Assembly (NCBI RefSeq): GCF_024691275.1
Contig: NZ_JAILNU010000075.1
Coordinates: forward strand, 36,715 to 100,714
DNA: 64,000 bases
Direction of reading: 5' to 3'
DNA from: Ruminococcus sp.
GTDB lineage: Bacteria; Bacillota; Clostridia; Oscillospirales; Ruminococcaceae
Made by a program: the position numbers and the translations under genes. Of this stretch, positions 48,211 through 57,800 are shown piece by piece. The first letter of the stretch is position 1. Every line of letters begins with the position of its first letter. The notes beneath the pieces are model-generated. The model made no database searches and was not told the DNA's origin. It was given only the letters and a program-made list of their open reading frames with translations.

Positions 48211-48719
48211 CTGATACGCTCCTTTGCAACGCGGTCATAGTATGATATATCGTCTTCATCTTTGATATATCCGCCGTTTTTCAGCATAACTCTGAGAGAG
48301 GCGGGATTATTTTTGTGAACGCAGAGATATACCTCGTCTTCGGGAACTGTTTTGGCAGCTTCTTTGAGCAGAAGTGCAAGACCTGCCGAAGCATAGCCTT
48401 TTCTGCGGTGTTCCGGAGCTATGTAATATCCTATATGACCTGCTCCCGTTATAAGCGACTCGCAAAGATAGTGGCGGAGGTCGAATTTCCCGACGATATT
48501 TTCGCCGTCCCATAAAAAGTAGGAAGTTGCCGGAACATAGCCTTCGGGGAGGCGTCCGCCTTTAGAGTTTGCGATGATACAGTCGAGAGCATCGACGAAG
48601 TCCTGACGTGAAATGCCGTTATATTCATTGATATAGCCGTTTTCGTCGGAGGGGATATCTCGGACGAAAAGGTATTCTTTTTCGATATCGTCTGTATTTG
48701 CTGCTTTCAGGTATATCAT
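48207..48719 (-). CDS. GNAT family N-acetyltransferase
   Basis: EHRRKGYASAGL motif A. ATG 48719 follows AAGGAGA. ATGA overlap with the downstream GNAT gene. Confidence 0.75.
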   Translation of the reverse strand: MIYLKAANTDDIEKEYLFVRDIPSDENGYINEYNGISRQDFVDALDCIIANSKGGRLPEGYVPATSYFLWDGENIVGKFDLRHYLCESLITGAGHIGYYIAPEHRRKGYASAGLALLLKEAAKTVPEDEVYLCVHKNNPASLRVMLKNGGYIKDEDDISYYDRVAKERIR

Positions 48720-48926
48720 GATAGTTTCTCCTTTTATAATATTATATATTGAATGAGCCGCTTTTTCAATAGATAAGCTAAACAAAATTAAATATTTATA
48801 CATTGCTTTTCTGTTTATTGCGTGATATAATTATTATAATTGATTTAATGCTGCGGCATACCGTGCGTTCATACCATAACGCTTAACGTATACGATCCGC
48901 ATTTTCAACAGACAGGAGGAGATATT

Positions 48927-49382
48927 ATGACGGAGATCAGAAGACTTGGGGCAGATGATATTGATATTATAAAAGAGCTTTTTATATCAGTCTTTACCAG
49001 CGAACCGTGGTTCGATGACTGGAGCGACCCTGTTCAGCTGAACAGCTATATCCTTGACCTGATAGGGAATAACAATTCTCTTTCGCTGGGACTTTACGAA
49101 CATAATGTGCTTGTGGGACTGGCGCTTGGCTATATCATGCACTGGTTTGCGGGCACGGAGTACTATATCCATGAGTTCTGCGTAAAGACGGAAAAGCAGG
49201 GGAAGGGTCTGGGCAGTGAGTTCATGCGCCTGATAGACGAATATGTGCGAGGACTTGACGTGGATCATATCTTTTTGCAGACTGACAGATCTCTGCCTGC
49301 TTTTGATTTCTACGTAAAAAACGGCTTCAGAGAGCTTGAAGGCCATGTTTCTCTTGTACGCCGACCGGACGATAAACAGTGA
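48927..49382 (+). CDS. GNAT family N-acetyltransferase
   Basis: KTEKQGKGLGSEFM motif A and a YVKNGF C-terminus. Confidence 0.8.
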   Translation: MTEIRRLGADDIDIIKELFISVFTSEPWFDDWSDPVQLNSYILDLIGNNNSLSLGLYEHNVLVGLALGYIMHWFAGTEYYIHEFCVKTEKQGKGLGSEFMRLIDEYVRGLDVDHIFLQTDRSLPAFDFYVKNGFRELEGHVSLVRRPDDKQ

Positions 49383-49397
49383 TAATATACTGAAAAA

Positions 49398-49435
49398 AAC
49401 GCTTTTGCAGCACTGAGGCTGCGGAAGCGTTTTTG
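49398..49435 (+). terminator. intrinsic terminator
   Basis: AACGCUUUUGCAGC / GCUGCGGAAGCGUU stem (two G-U pairs) followed by UUUU. Confidence 0.7.
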
Positions 49436-49515
49436 CGTAAATAATGACATATCGGTATTTTGTGCGTTTTGCATTATATATGTTTGTGAGTTGTGCAATA
49501 AACTTATTCAAAATA

Positions 49516-49544
49516 TTGACAAATCGTGTTCAAAGTGGTATAAT
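49516..49544 (+). promoter_or_regulatory. sigma-A promoter (extended -10) of the FHA/PP2C/kinase/surface-protein operon
   Basis: TTGACA (49516-49521), 17-nt spacer, TGgTATAAT (49536-49544). Confidence 0.7.
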
Positions 49545-49645
49545 AATTCGTAAGTTTGTTTTTTTCTGTACGTTGTGTGTCAATAAGGTGGGTGAAGTGC
49601 AGAAAAAGGCGAGATTTCGCGTTAGTTTCATTTAGGGGTGAGAAG

Positions 49646-51001
49646 ATGGCTGGTAATATCACTACAAAGCTGCTTTATCAGGGCTGCGATACGTTTTTGC
49701 AGGCAGTTCTGAAAAAAAGAGATAAAATAAACGAGAAACAGTTGCAGTTCATCAACGGGAATACTGATAAGGGCTTCCTGAATGTAAGATGGGAAAAAAC
49801 GGCTACAAGAAATGTGCTGAAGTATAATGTAAGCAACATGACTGCGCTGTCGGAATATATCAAGCAGACTATGCCGCAGGATAAGTATTTCGCTATACTG
49901 AGCCAGTTTCAGAAGATAGTGGAGTTCTGTATGAGCGCAACTATCCCCTATGACAATATCCTGCTGAATGATCTGAAGAACGTGTATTTTGATGTGGAAA
50001 AGCAGAAGCTCTATGTAGCTTATCTGCCGCTCCTCGAAAACGGCTATAGAAGTGCCAATATGATAAAGTTCCTCAATAAGCTGAACAAGAATGCAAATAT
50101 CACTATCACCAACGGAACGGTCATGCAGAAGTACAGCTTCTTCCTTGAGGAGCAGATGAACGCTCAGAAGGACAAGGGCGGCTTTATCTCGCCGAAAAGC
50201 CTTCACACCGTGCTCCATGATGTGCTCATGGTGCCTGAGGCAGCCGAGCAGCAGATGAGCAGCAATGCCGCTCCCGTGAATATCGCTGCTGCGGAGGTCA
50301 AAAGCACTGCGCCTGCGGACGACGACTCTGACCATACCATTCTTGTGAACAGGAACAGGAATGCGGATTGCCCTGCTTTCCTGAAAGACGAGAACAACAG
50401 GGAAATACCTATCACACGCTTCCCGTTCACTATCGGACGCAGACCCGACAACGATCTTGCGCTTACCGATAAGGGAACTGTCTCCAAGGAACACGCTGTT
50501 ATAACCTGTTCGGACGGAAGCTTCTATATCGAGGACAAGGGATCTGCTAACGGCACCTTCCTCAATAATTGTACGGATAATGCAAAGAGGATATCAAAGG
50601 AACAGCTCAACAGCGGCGACGTGATCTATTTCTGCGATGTGCCTTACGTGTTTACAGTCAATGCAAGTGATTCCGCCACTGTCATAGTGGGGGACAAAAA
50701 CAGTGCAGCTGCCAGAAAAGCCGATCCTGCAATGGCAAAAAAAATCGCTTACCTTGTGAATTCATCAAGCAAGGAGCGCATACCTGTGTTCGTTTATCCT
50801 TTCACCTGTGCCGAGCTTTCGGGACTTATCATCGGACGTGAAAACAACGGCAGCAGACACAGCATATTCATCGAGAATATATCCTGTCCGTCACTGAGCG
50901 TTGAGGGCTGTGAAGTGCCGTCGGGTGAAAAGACGAGTATATTTTCAGGCTGTAATTTCCTGTATCACGGTATCGTGTATACCTTCTACGAAGAAAACTG
51001 A
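49646..51001 (+). CDS. FHA domain-containing protein (unassigned ~230-aa N-terminal domain + FHA + unassigned C-terminal ~110 aa)
   Basis: Canonical FHA: FPFTIGRRPDNDLAL...VSKEHAVI...IEDKGSANGTFLNN. ATG 49646 follows GGGGTGAG. Confidence 0.85.
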   Translation: MAGNITTKLLYQGCDTFLQAVLKKRDKINEKQLQFINGNTDKGFLNVRWEKTATRNVLKYNVSNMTALSEYIKQTMPQDKYFAILSQFQKIVEFCMSATIPYDNILLNDLKNVYFDVEKQKLYVAYLPLLENGYRSANMIKFLNKLNKNANITITNGTVMQKYSFFLEEQMNAQKDKGGFISPKSLHTVLHDVLMVPEAAEQQMSSNAAPVNIAAAEVKSTAPADDDSDHTILVNRNRNADCPAFLKDENNREIPITRFPFTIGRRPDNDLALTDKGTVSKEHAVITCSDGSFYIEDKGSANGTFLNNCTDNAKRISKEQLNSGDVIYFCDVPYVFTVNASDSATVIVGDKNSAAARKADPAMAKKIAYLVNSSSKERIPVFVYPFTCAELSGLIIGRENNGSRHSIFIENISCPSLSVEGCEVPSGEKTSIFSGCNFLYHGIVYTFYEEN

Positions 51002-51015
51002 CGGTGGGAAATGAT

Positions 51016-51795
51016 ATGGAATATGTTTTTTCTTATGTGACGACCGAAGGCGCTGTACGAAAGGTCAATCAGGATTCGCTGTTTATCGCGGAGGCTGCCT
51101 TCGAGGACGACAAGGTGCTGTTTGCAGCTGTCTGTGACGGAGTTGGCGGCCTTTCGTCAGGCGAAAAAGCCAGCGGCTTCGTTTGCAAGCGCATGAACGA
51201 GTGGTTCGCCGACGAGTTTCCCGAGCTGCTGCGCTGCTCTGCATCGGTACTGAAGATAAGGGAGTCTATCGACGACAGGCTCCACGAACTCAATGACTGC
51301 ATAAATTCATATGCGGAGAAACACGCCTCGGATATGGCTACGACGTTTACGGGAATACTTATAATCCCGCATATGAACGTGCTCCTGACAGCTCATGTGG
51401 GCGATACGCGCCTTTACAAGATAACCGAGAACGAGATAAAGATACTCACCTCAGACCACTCCGTTGTCGGTCAGGAGCTGAGGAACGGCACTATAACCGA
51501 GGAAATGGCTGAAAAAGATCCGAGACAGAACCAGCTCACAAACTGTATAGGTGCAGGACTGGAGGACACTTCTTACGATTACAGCATTTCCGAATTCAGC
51601 AAAGGCGAGTGCTATATGCTTTGCTCGGACGGATTCAGGAAAAAGGTGTCCGCAGATGAGCTGAAGGTGGCGCTCTGTCCGTCGGCAAACAAAGATGAAA
51701 AGACGATAAGGTCTAACCTTGAAAAGCTGAAAAATAAGGTCATTCAGTGCGGAGAAAAGGACAATATTACTGCCCTTATGGTCAAGCTCTGCTGA
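51016..51795 (+). CDS. PP2C-family Ser/Thr protein phosphatase
   Basis: Motifs VNQDS, AVCDGVGG, MLCSDGF, EKDNITALMV. An in-frame GTG at 51004 is an alternative start. Confidence 0.88.
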   Translation: MEYVFSYVTTEGAVRKVNQDSLFIAEAAFEDDKVLFAAVCDGVGGLSSGEKASGFVCKRMNEWFADEFPELLRCSASVLKIRESIDDRLHELNDCINSYAEKHASDMATTFTGILIIPHMNVLLTAHVGDTRLYKITENEIKILTSDHSVVGQELRNGTITEEMAEKDPRQNQLTNCIGAGLEDTSYDYSISEFSKGECYMLCSDGFRKKVSADELKVALCPSANKDEKTIRSNLEKLKNKVIQCGEKDNITALMVKLC

Positions 51796-51811
51796 AAGCG
51801 AGGAGATCCGT

Positions 51812-53512
51812 TTGCTCAACAAAGGCTTTGTCCTTGAAAATAGATACAAGATCGTTAATGTCGCAGGTAAGGGCGGTACATCTGTGGTGTACAGAGCCGT
51901 TGATCTGAAGGCGAATAACGCTCAGCGAGCCGTAAAAGAGGTCATGAAGACAAATGGTACGGACGCTTACAATGCAAGACAGGAGTCGCTCCTGATAAAA
52001 GAATTCTATGAGAAGGACGTGAAAAACTCCTTCTTTCCCAATATAATCGAGATCATTGACAATGACCCGAATGCACTGTATATCGTGCAGGACTATATCA
52101 ACGGAGTCTCTATGGAGAAGCTCCTTGCCTATGATCCCTTCCGTCACAAGACCGTGCTGAGATATGCCAAGGATATATGCTATGTAATGTCGTTCATACA
52201 TAAGTGCGGCTTCATACACAGCGATATGAAGCCCGACAATATCATGGTCGTGAGGAATGAGGAGGACTTTGAGAACGCAAAGCGCCCCGATAAGTTCGGC
52301 AAGCTGAAATTCATAGACTTCGGCTCTGTTATCGAGAGACAGGAAGGTACTTTTGCCTATACTCCCGCCTATGCAGCTCCCGAGCAGTTCAATCAGGAGG
52401 AGCTGGACGAGCAGACCGATATCTTCAATATAGGTGCTACTCTGTACCATATGCTCACGGGAAAAAAGCCGAAAAACGTTTCTGCAAACGGTGAGCTTGT
52501 AAGCTCTGCGGACAGATTCGTTTTCGACAAGGGTGCAAATGCAGGCCTTGTCAGGATAATCCGTAAATGTGTCAGCGATGATAAGACAAAACGCTACCGT
52601 TCGTGTGATGAGCTTTATGAGGAGCTCGAAAGAACGGATAATCATACATACTTCAGAGCAACAGGCATCGTTGCGGGACTGGCGGCACTGTCTCTGTGCG
52701 TATCCCTTTTCGCAGGAATAATGGCGAATAAGAGCAGGAGCGAGGACTTCACAAAGCTTGTCGAAAGAGCTGAAAATACCGCCGAGTATTCTGCCCGTGC
52801 AGACGCTTTTGAGAAGGTGATAATCGCTGACGGTTCTTATGCCGATGCTTACCTGAAGCTCATCGAGCTGTACAAGAACGATATGGTGTTCGATGCCGAT
52901 GAAACCGAACAGATACTTGCCCTCATCAATGAGAATATCAATCTGCTCAAAAAAGATCCGCAGTATGAGGAAGTCGCCTATGAGCTGGGCATACTTTACT
53001 GGTATTACTATTTTTACGGGAATACAAGTGACGATGTTTCTCAGCAGAGCGGCAGTACTTCGGGCAAGATAGCTTCCGTAAAGTGGTTCAGGGAAGCCCA
53101 GACGCAGAATTTCAAGAAGCGCTCGCCCGATAAGTACGAGATAGCTCAGGTATACTGTGCTATTGGTGATTTCTGCTCGCAGACACAGAAAAAGGAGAAT
53201 GAGCTGCTCAAAAAGAACTACTGCAGCGATCTCTGGGACAGCATGAAGGCTCTCAGCGAACTTGTGGAGGAGGCTAATGCCGATTCTGAGATAATAATCC
53301 TGGAGACATATAAAACTCTTATTAATCTTGAATACGCCAATATGAGAGAGCTTGCAAAGTCAGGTATAAACTATGATGAGCAGAAGAGCTTTCTTGATGA
53401 TATAAAGGAAAAGACCGAGAGTATCAATACCGCAGATGATTCTGCAAATGAAGCAAAGAAGTACGTGCTTCGCTTCTATAATGACATAATTGAGGAGATA
53501 CAGGGCGCATAA
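51812..53512 (+). CDS. Hanks-type Ser/Thr protein kinase with one TM and a TPR-like all-alpha ectodomain
   Basis: GKGGTSVVY, AVKEV, HSDMKPDN, DFG, AAPE. TM at GIVAGLAALSLCVSLFAGIMA. No PASTA repeats. TTG start 6 nt after AGGAG. Confidence 0.88.
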   Translation: MLNKGFVLENRYKIVNVAGKGGTSVVYRAVDLKANNAQRAVKEVMKTNGTDAYNARQESLLIKEFYEKDVKNSFFPNIIEIIDNDPNALYIVQDYINGVSMEKLLAYDPFRHKTVLRYAKDICYVMSFIHKCGFIHSDMKPDNIMVVRNEEDFENAKRPDKFGKLKFIDFGSVIERQEGTFAYTPAYAAPEQFNQEELDEQTDIFNIGATLYHMLTGKKPKNVSANGELVSSADRFVFDKGANAGLVRIIRKCVSDDKTKRYRSCDELYEELERTDNHTYFRATGIVAGLAALSLCVSLFAGIMANKSRSEDFTKLVERAENTAEYSARADAFEKVIIADGSYADAYLKLIELYKNDMVFDADETEQILALINENINLLKKDPQYEEVAYELGILYWYYYFYGNTSDDVSQQSGSTSGKIASVKWFREAQTQNFKKRSPDKYEIAQVYCAIGDFCSQTQKKENELLKKNYCSDLWDSMKALSELVEEANADSEIIILETYKTLINLEYANMRELAKSGINYDEQKSFLDDIKEKTESINTADDSANEAKKYVLRFYNDIIEEIQGA

Positions 53513-53528
53513 TGAACGGAGGTGCGGA

Positions 53529-53921
53529 ATGGATTCACATAGCTGGCAGATGATCTCACAGATATTTCTGTGGCTGGGGATACTGCTGCTCATATGTACC
53601 GTTGTGATCGCGGCAAGGTATAAGGTCGTCGCCAATCTCGTATCTGAGATCAAGGCTAAAAAGAGCCCTTCAGAACCATTGAAGGAAGTCCATTCTGCGG
53701 TGATGTCAGGCTCGGGAAGCGTTACAGAAACTGCCGTTAACGCTCAGAATGACGATGAAAATATAACCGTTGTTGTTGGCAGAAAAAAAGCCGAAACCGT
53801 GAATGATACAATTGTGGTCAGCAGAAATAACAGTCCTGAAAACGATTTCAGGATAATAAGAAATATTATTGTTATAAACGCCGATCCTGATGTGATCGAC
53901 GACCGTAGGAGTAAAAAATGA
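53529..53921 (+). CDS. small single-pass membrane protein (130 aa)
   Basis: N-terminal TM (ISQIFLWLGILLLICTVVIAA) followed by a Ser/Thr/Asn-rich hydrophilic tail. RBS GGAGGTG. ATGA overlap with the next gene. Confidence 0.55.
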   Translation: MDSHSWQMISQIFLWLGILLLICTVVIAARYKVVANLVSEIKAKKSPSEPLKEVHSAVMSGSGSVTETAVNAQNDDENITVVVGRKKAETVNDTIVVSRNNSPENDFRIIRNIIVINADPDVIDDRRSKK

Positions 53922-54892
53922 AAGTTATCAGAACAGCCTTTGGAATTTCCGCTGCTGCTTTAACTATGGCAGCGGGTATGAATTCATACCCGACAGCAGA
54001 TGCGATAAGCTATACTGCTCCGTCAGATATAGAGCTGAATATGGGCAGCGCCGAGATAGACAGATCGACGCTGAATACTGACAGGGTAGTGGAGATACCT
54101 GTATACATCTGGAACAATCCGGGATTCGTGTCACTGAATGTCATCTTTGATGTTGATGAAAGACTGAGATTTGACAGCGATCACGTTATCAAAAGCGATG
54201 TCAACGGTCTCATGGGAGTAAATATTTACGGCTGCTCAGGGCGTGATAATACCATATCAGCTTCGTTTATTGCGGAGAACCGTTTTAATGATGAAGGTAA
54301 GATAGGTTCGTTCATCGTTACCGTTCCCGCAGGTACTCCGGTAGGCACTTATCGTGTAAATATTTGGGAATCATGCGGAGATTTCAGTACCACGATAATG
54401 ACTCATAACAATAGTGCGGCTGTATTCGGTCTGGAATGTTTTTCTGTTGTTGACGGCGGTGTGATAGATGTTGTCGAGCATTTTTCGGAACGTCCGCCGG
54501 TACAGCAGATCAATGAGGAGAATCCTCAGGAACAGCAGAATAATGAGGATCAGCACGACGAAAAGAAAAATGATGATCCCCAGAATGAAGCGCCTGATCC
54601 TGTGACTACATCGGCAGGCTCGGAAACGACTAAGGTGACTGCAAAGGTAACTACAAGCGGGATTGCAAAGAAAACGAGCGTGACATCTGAGGATGCAGCA
54701 GTAACAGTGTCTTCTACAGTGTCCTACGTTCAGAGCAGCATAAATCCTCAAAGTACAGACTATGAGGAAATAGCATCTCAGAAACAGGAAAACAATACAC
54801 TTGAAAGATTCCTGTTTCCTGTTATCTGTTCGGCAATAATGATCGCTGTTTGTGCGGCAGTCGTTATATCTATTATTAAGGGAGGCAGTTGA
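53918..54892 (+). CDS. membrane-anchored cohesin-like domain protein
   Basis: Signal peptide. ~170-aa beta-sandwich with cohesin-like strands (VEIPVYIWNNPGFVSLNVIFDVDERLRFDS ... IGSFIVTVPAGTPVGTYRVNIWE). Gln/Glu/Pro/Thr linker. C-terminal TM FPVICSAIMIAVCAAVVISII. Confidence 0.55.
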   Translation: MKVIRTAFGISAAALTMAAGMNSYPTADAISYTAPSDIELNMGSAEIDRSTLNTDRVVEIPVYIWNNPGFVSLNVIFDVDERLRFDSDHVIKSDVNGLMGVNIYGCSGRDNTISASFIAENRFNDEGKIGSFIVTVPAGTPVGTYRVNIWESCGDFSTTIMTHNNSAAVFGLECFSVVDGGVIDVVEHFSERPPVQQINEENPQEQQNNEDQHDEKKNDDPQNEAPDPVTTSAGSETTKVTAKVTTSGIAKKTSVTSEDAAVTVSSTVSYVQSSINPQSTDYEEIASQKQENNTLERFLFPVICSAIMIAVCAAVVISIIKGGS

Positions 54893-54894
54893 TA

Positions 54895-57800
54895 ATGAAT
54901 AATGGCGGATTTGATCTTAAAAGAAAAATAGCTTTTGCTGCGGCACTTATTGTAGTATCACATTCTGTCGGGGCTATGCCCATAGCTTCGGCTGCTCCTG
55001 TGTCTGTGAAGGTGCAGAATGTCAACAGACAGACAAAGGCGGAAGAGAATAACGAAGAGCCAGCTGCTCCTGCGGAAACAACGACTTCGGCTGCGGTCAC
55101 AACTTCTGCCGTGACCACATCGGCTGCTGCTGCAACAACTACTGTATCGGAAACTACAGCTGCTGTCACAACAACGCAGAATCCGTATAATGAATATAAA
55201 ATTACAGTCAATTCGATCGAGCTTGATTATGAGGGATTTTCAAGCCTTGCATCAAAGGCACTGGGAGATAATATCATCATAGATGTCGATCCTGAGCGTA
55301 ATTACAGCAATACCGTAAAGGTACCGAAGGCAAATACGGTGAATCGCGGAGATATCTACATCTACCAGAAGAGCATAAAGTTTACCCTCGTTTCCTTCAA
55401 GAATAACGAGCTTGTCTATGATGTCAGCTACAGGGTGAGCGTGGATAAAAACGTCAGGAACGTCGAAATTACCGATGAAAACGGCGAAAAGCTGAACGAA
55501 AGCGTATATCTGCCGCACGGCTCGAAAGTCAATGTCAAGCCGCTCCCTGCGTATATGCTTGATGATAGCGACGATGCGAAGTCCTTTACGCTCGATACTG
55601 CGATGTGGGTCAAGGTGACCGACGAGAACGGCGAAGGCTTCAATCTCGATATAAGCAACCAGAAGCACAGCGTCAAGCCCAAGAAATTCAGCATAAATAT
55701 CTCGAATTATCATAAGGTCTATCATGAGGTTAATGAGAACCAGTCCGATGAGACAGGTCAGAGAGAATTCAAATGGAACGAGATAGATGATTTCTATATC
55801 TATAGTAAAGATAAGTGCGCCCTTATAGTTTCCTATGATAACAAGGTTGAGACATACGAGCTCAAAAATGAGAGGTTCTACCTGAAGGATCTCCTGAAAT
55901 CGGAGAAATTCAAATACATCAACGGAGCAAGGTTCAACATCACAGGTGTCAATCATAAGCTTCACGTAAAGTCTATGTTTGACGGCTCTGAAACGACAAA
56001 AGAGTCGGATATAAATGTTGAGAAGGGCGACGGCAGCGACTATATCATACGTGTGCCGTACCTTGAGAGCAACAATTACCGCCTTGTAAGCTATGACTAC
56101 AAGGGCAACACGTTCTATGTCAATAATGAATATCAGGACAAACTGATCGACAAGGAAAATTTCTACAGGATAACTGTTGACAGTGAGGAAAAGAACATAA
56201 CTCTCAATTATTCACAGATCAGTATGTTCGGAAAATACTCCTTCGTTCCCACAAAAGATGTATACAGAAGGAGCGAACACTGCTATGTGTACGACTCAGC
56301 GTCACCGACTCCGAAATTTATGAATTTCAGCGCTGATTTTGACGGAAGCAACATCTATTACAGCTTTCTCAGAGACAAAAACTCTTTGGAAAGCGGAAAG
56401 TACAGCATTGTTGAGAGATCAAGGACGTTTGCTGTAGATGTTAAGAATATCGGCTATCCTAAGTTCATTTTCGTTACTAATATCTTAAAGAACGGTGATG
56501 TGCTGGAGGGCGGTCTTGAAAACAGTATCTGCTTCTATGACGACAAAAATGCTCCGGGTGTTACCGTTGAACCGAAAGACGGCTGGAGCGGAAAAGACGG
56601 TCTCGAATTCAGAGTAAATACCGATGACAGCGAAGAATGTCCCGTAAGCGGCGGCGGTGAATCTTTCTATGAGCAGAATCTCATAAAGGAAGTATTTGAT
56701 AAGTACATCAATGATAAGTCCGATGACAAGCAGCAGATAAGCGCTCTTTATGTAGGCGATTACAGGTTCGATCGTCCTGCTGATGGCTGGAAGGATGGCG
56801 TTGAACAGGAAGGCACAGTCGAGACGTTAAGCATTACAAAGGCTGAAAATGCGCTTATAACCGTTCTTGCGGAGACAGACCTTTCAATACTTGGATCGGA
56901 ATACGCTTCTCACCCCGAAACAGATGTATTCTATCAGGGCTTTGTCAGGGGCGGCGGCTGTACAAGCCTTTCAGCTTACTACACAAAGCTGGCAAAGACC
57001 ACTCCCGAGGACGAGATGCCCGCAGAGGCAATTGCCTTTGAACACGCTTTTGCAGCTTATAATAAAGCTGTTGACAGCGAAAAAACTGAGGCGGCAGCAT
57101 TAAAGAGAAAGGTTGTCCCAACACTTGTATATAACGCTGAGGAAAACAAATTCATTATAAAGGTAAAAGCTGTTGACAAGCTGAAGGACACAGTGATCGA
57201 GAACAAGAAACTTGTCGTATATGCTGTCGATAATAACGGAAATTCAGACCCTACAGGCAAGTCGGAGACTGTCACTGTTAATCTTGACGGCGAAGCTCCT
57301 GTGATCCACGATAAAAATGATAAGAAGATAAGCGTGGGCGGAACAGCTGAATTTGTCAGAGAGAAAGATGGTGTCAGTGAGTATGTCATCAGGGCGGGCT
57401 CTGTTATCAGTGCGTATATCACTGATAAAGGCATGGGTCTTGATAAGGGAAAATGCGGCTTCGGCACCGAAAAAGAACCATCTTTCATCATGAGCGGCGA
57501 TGACAGCGGCAAATTCACCTATACATTCAGTGATGAAGAACTTGACAAAGAGCTCAAGAGCTTCATAAGCATAAAGGCTTCCGACAGGGCTGGCAACGAT
57601 GCTTCGCTGAACAGCGGCGAAACTGCCGAAAAGATAAAGGTTATCATTGATAAAACCGCTCCGGAAAGCGAGATCCTCAATAGCTCTGTTTCCGAGAACT
57701 GTTTCATTCAGGTGACAGGCGAGGGTGAAGACAAGCAGGAAAAGAAGTGGTTCAGGAACTACAGCGATGTAAGAATGGACATCAGGGCGGCTGATTTGTA

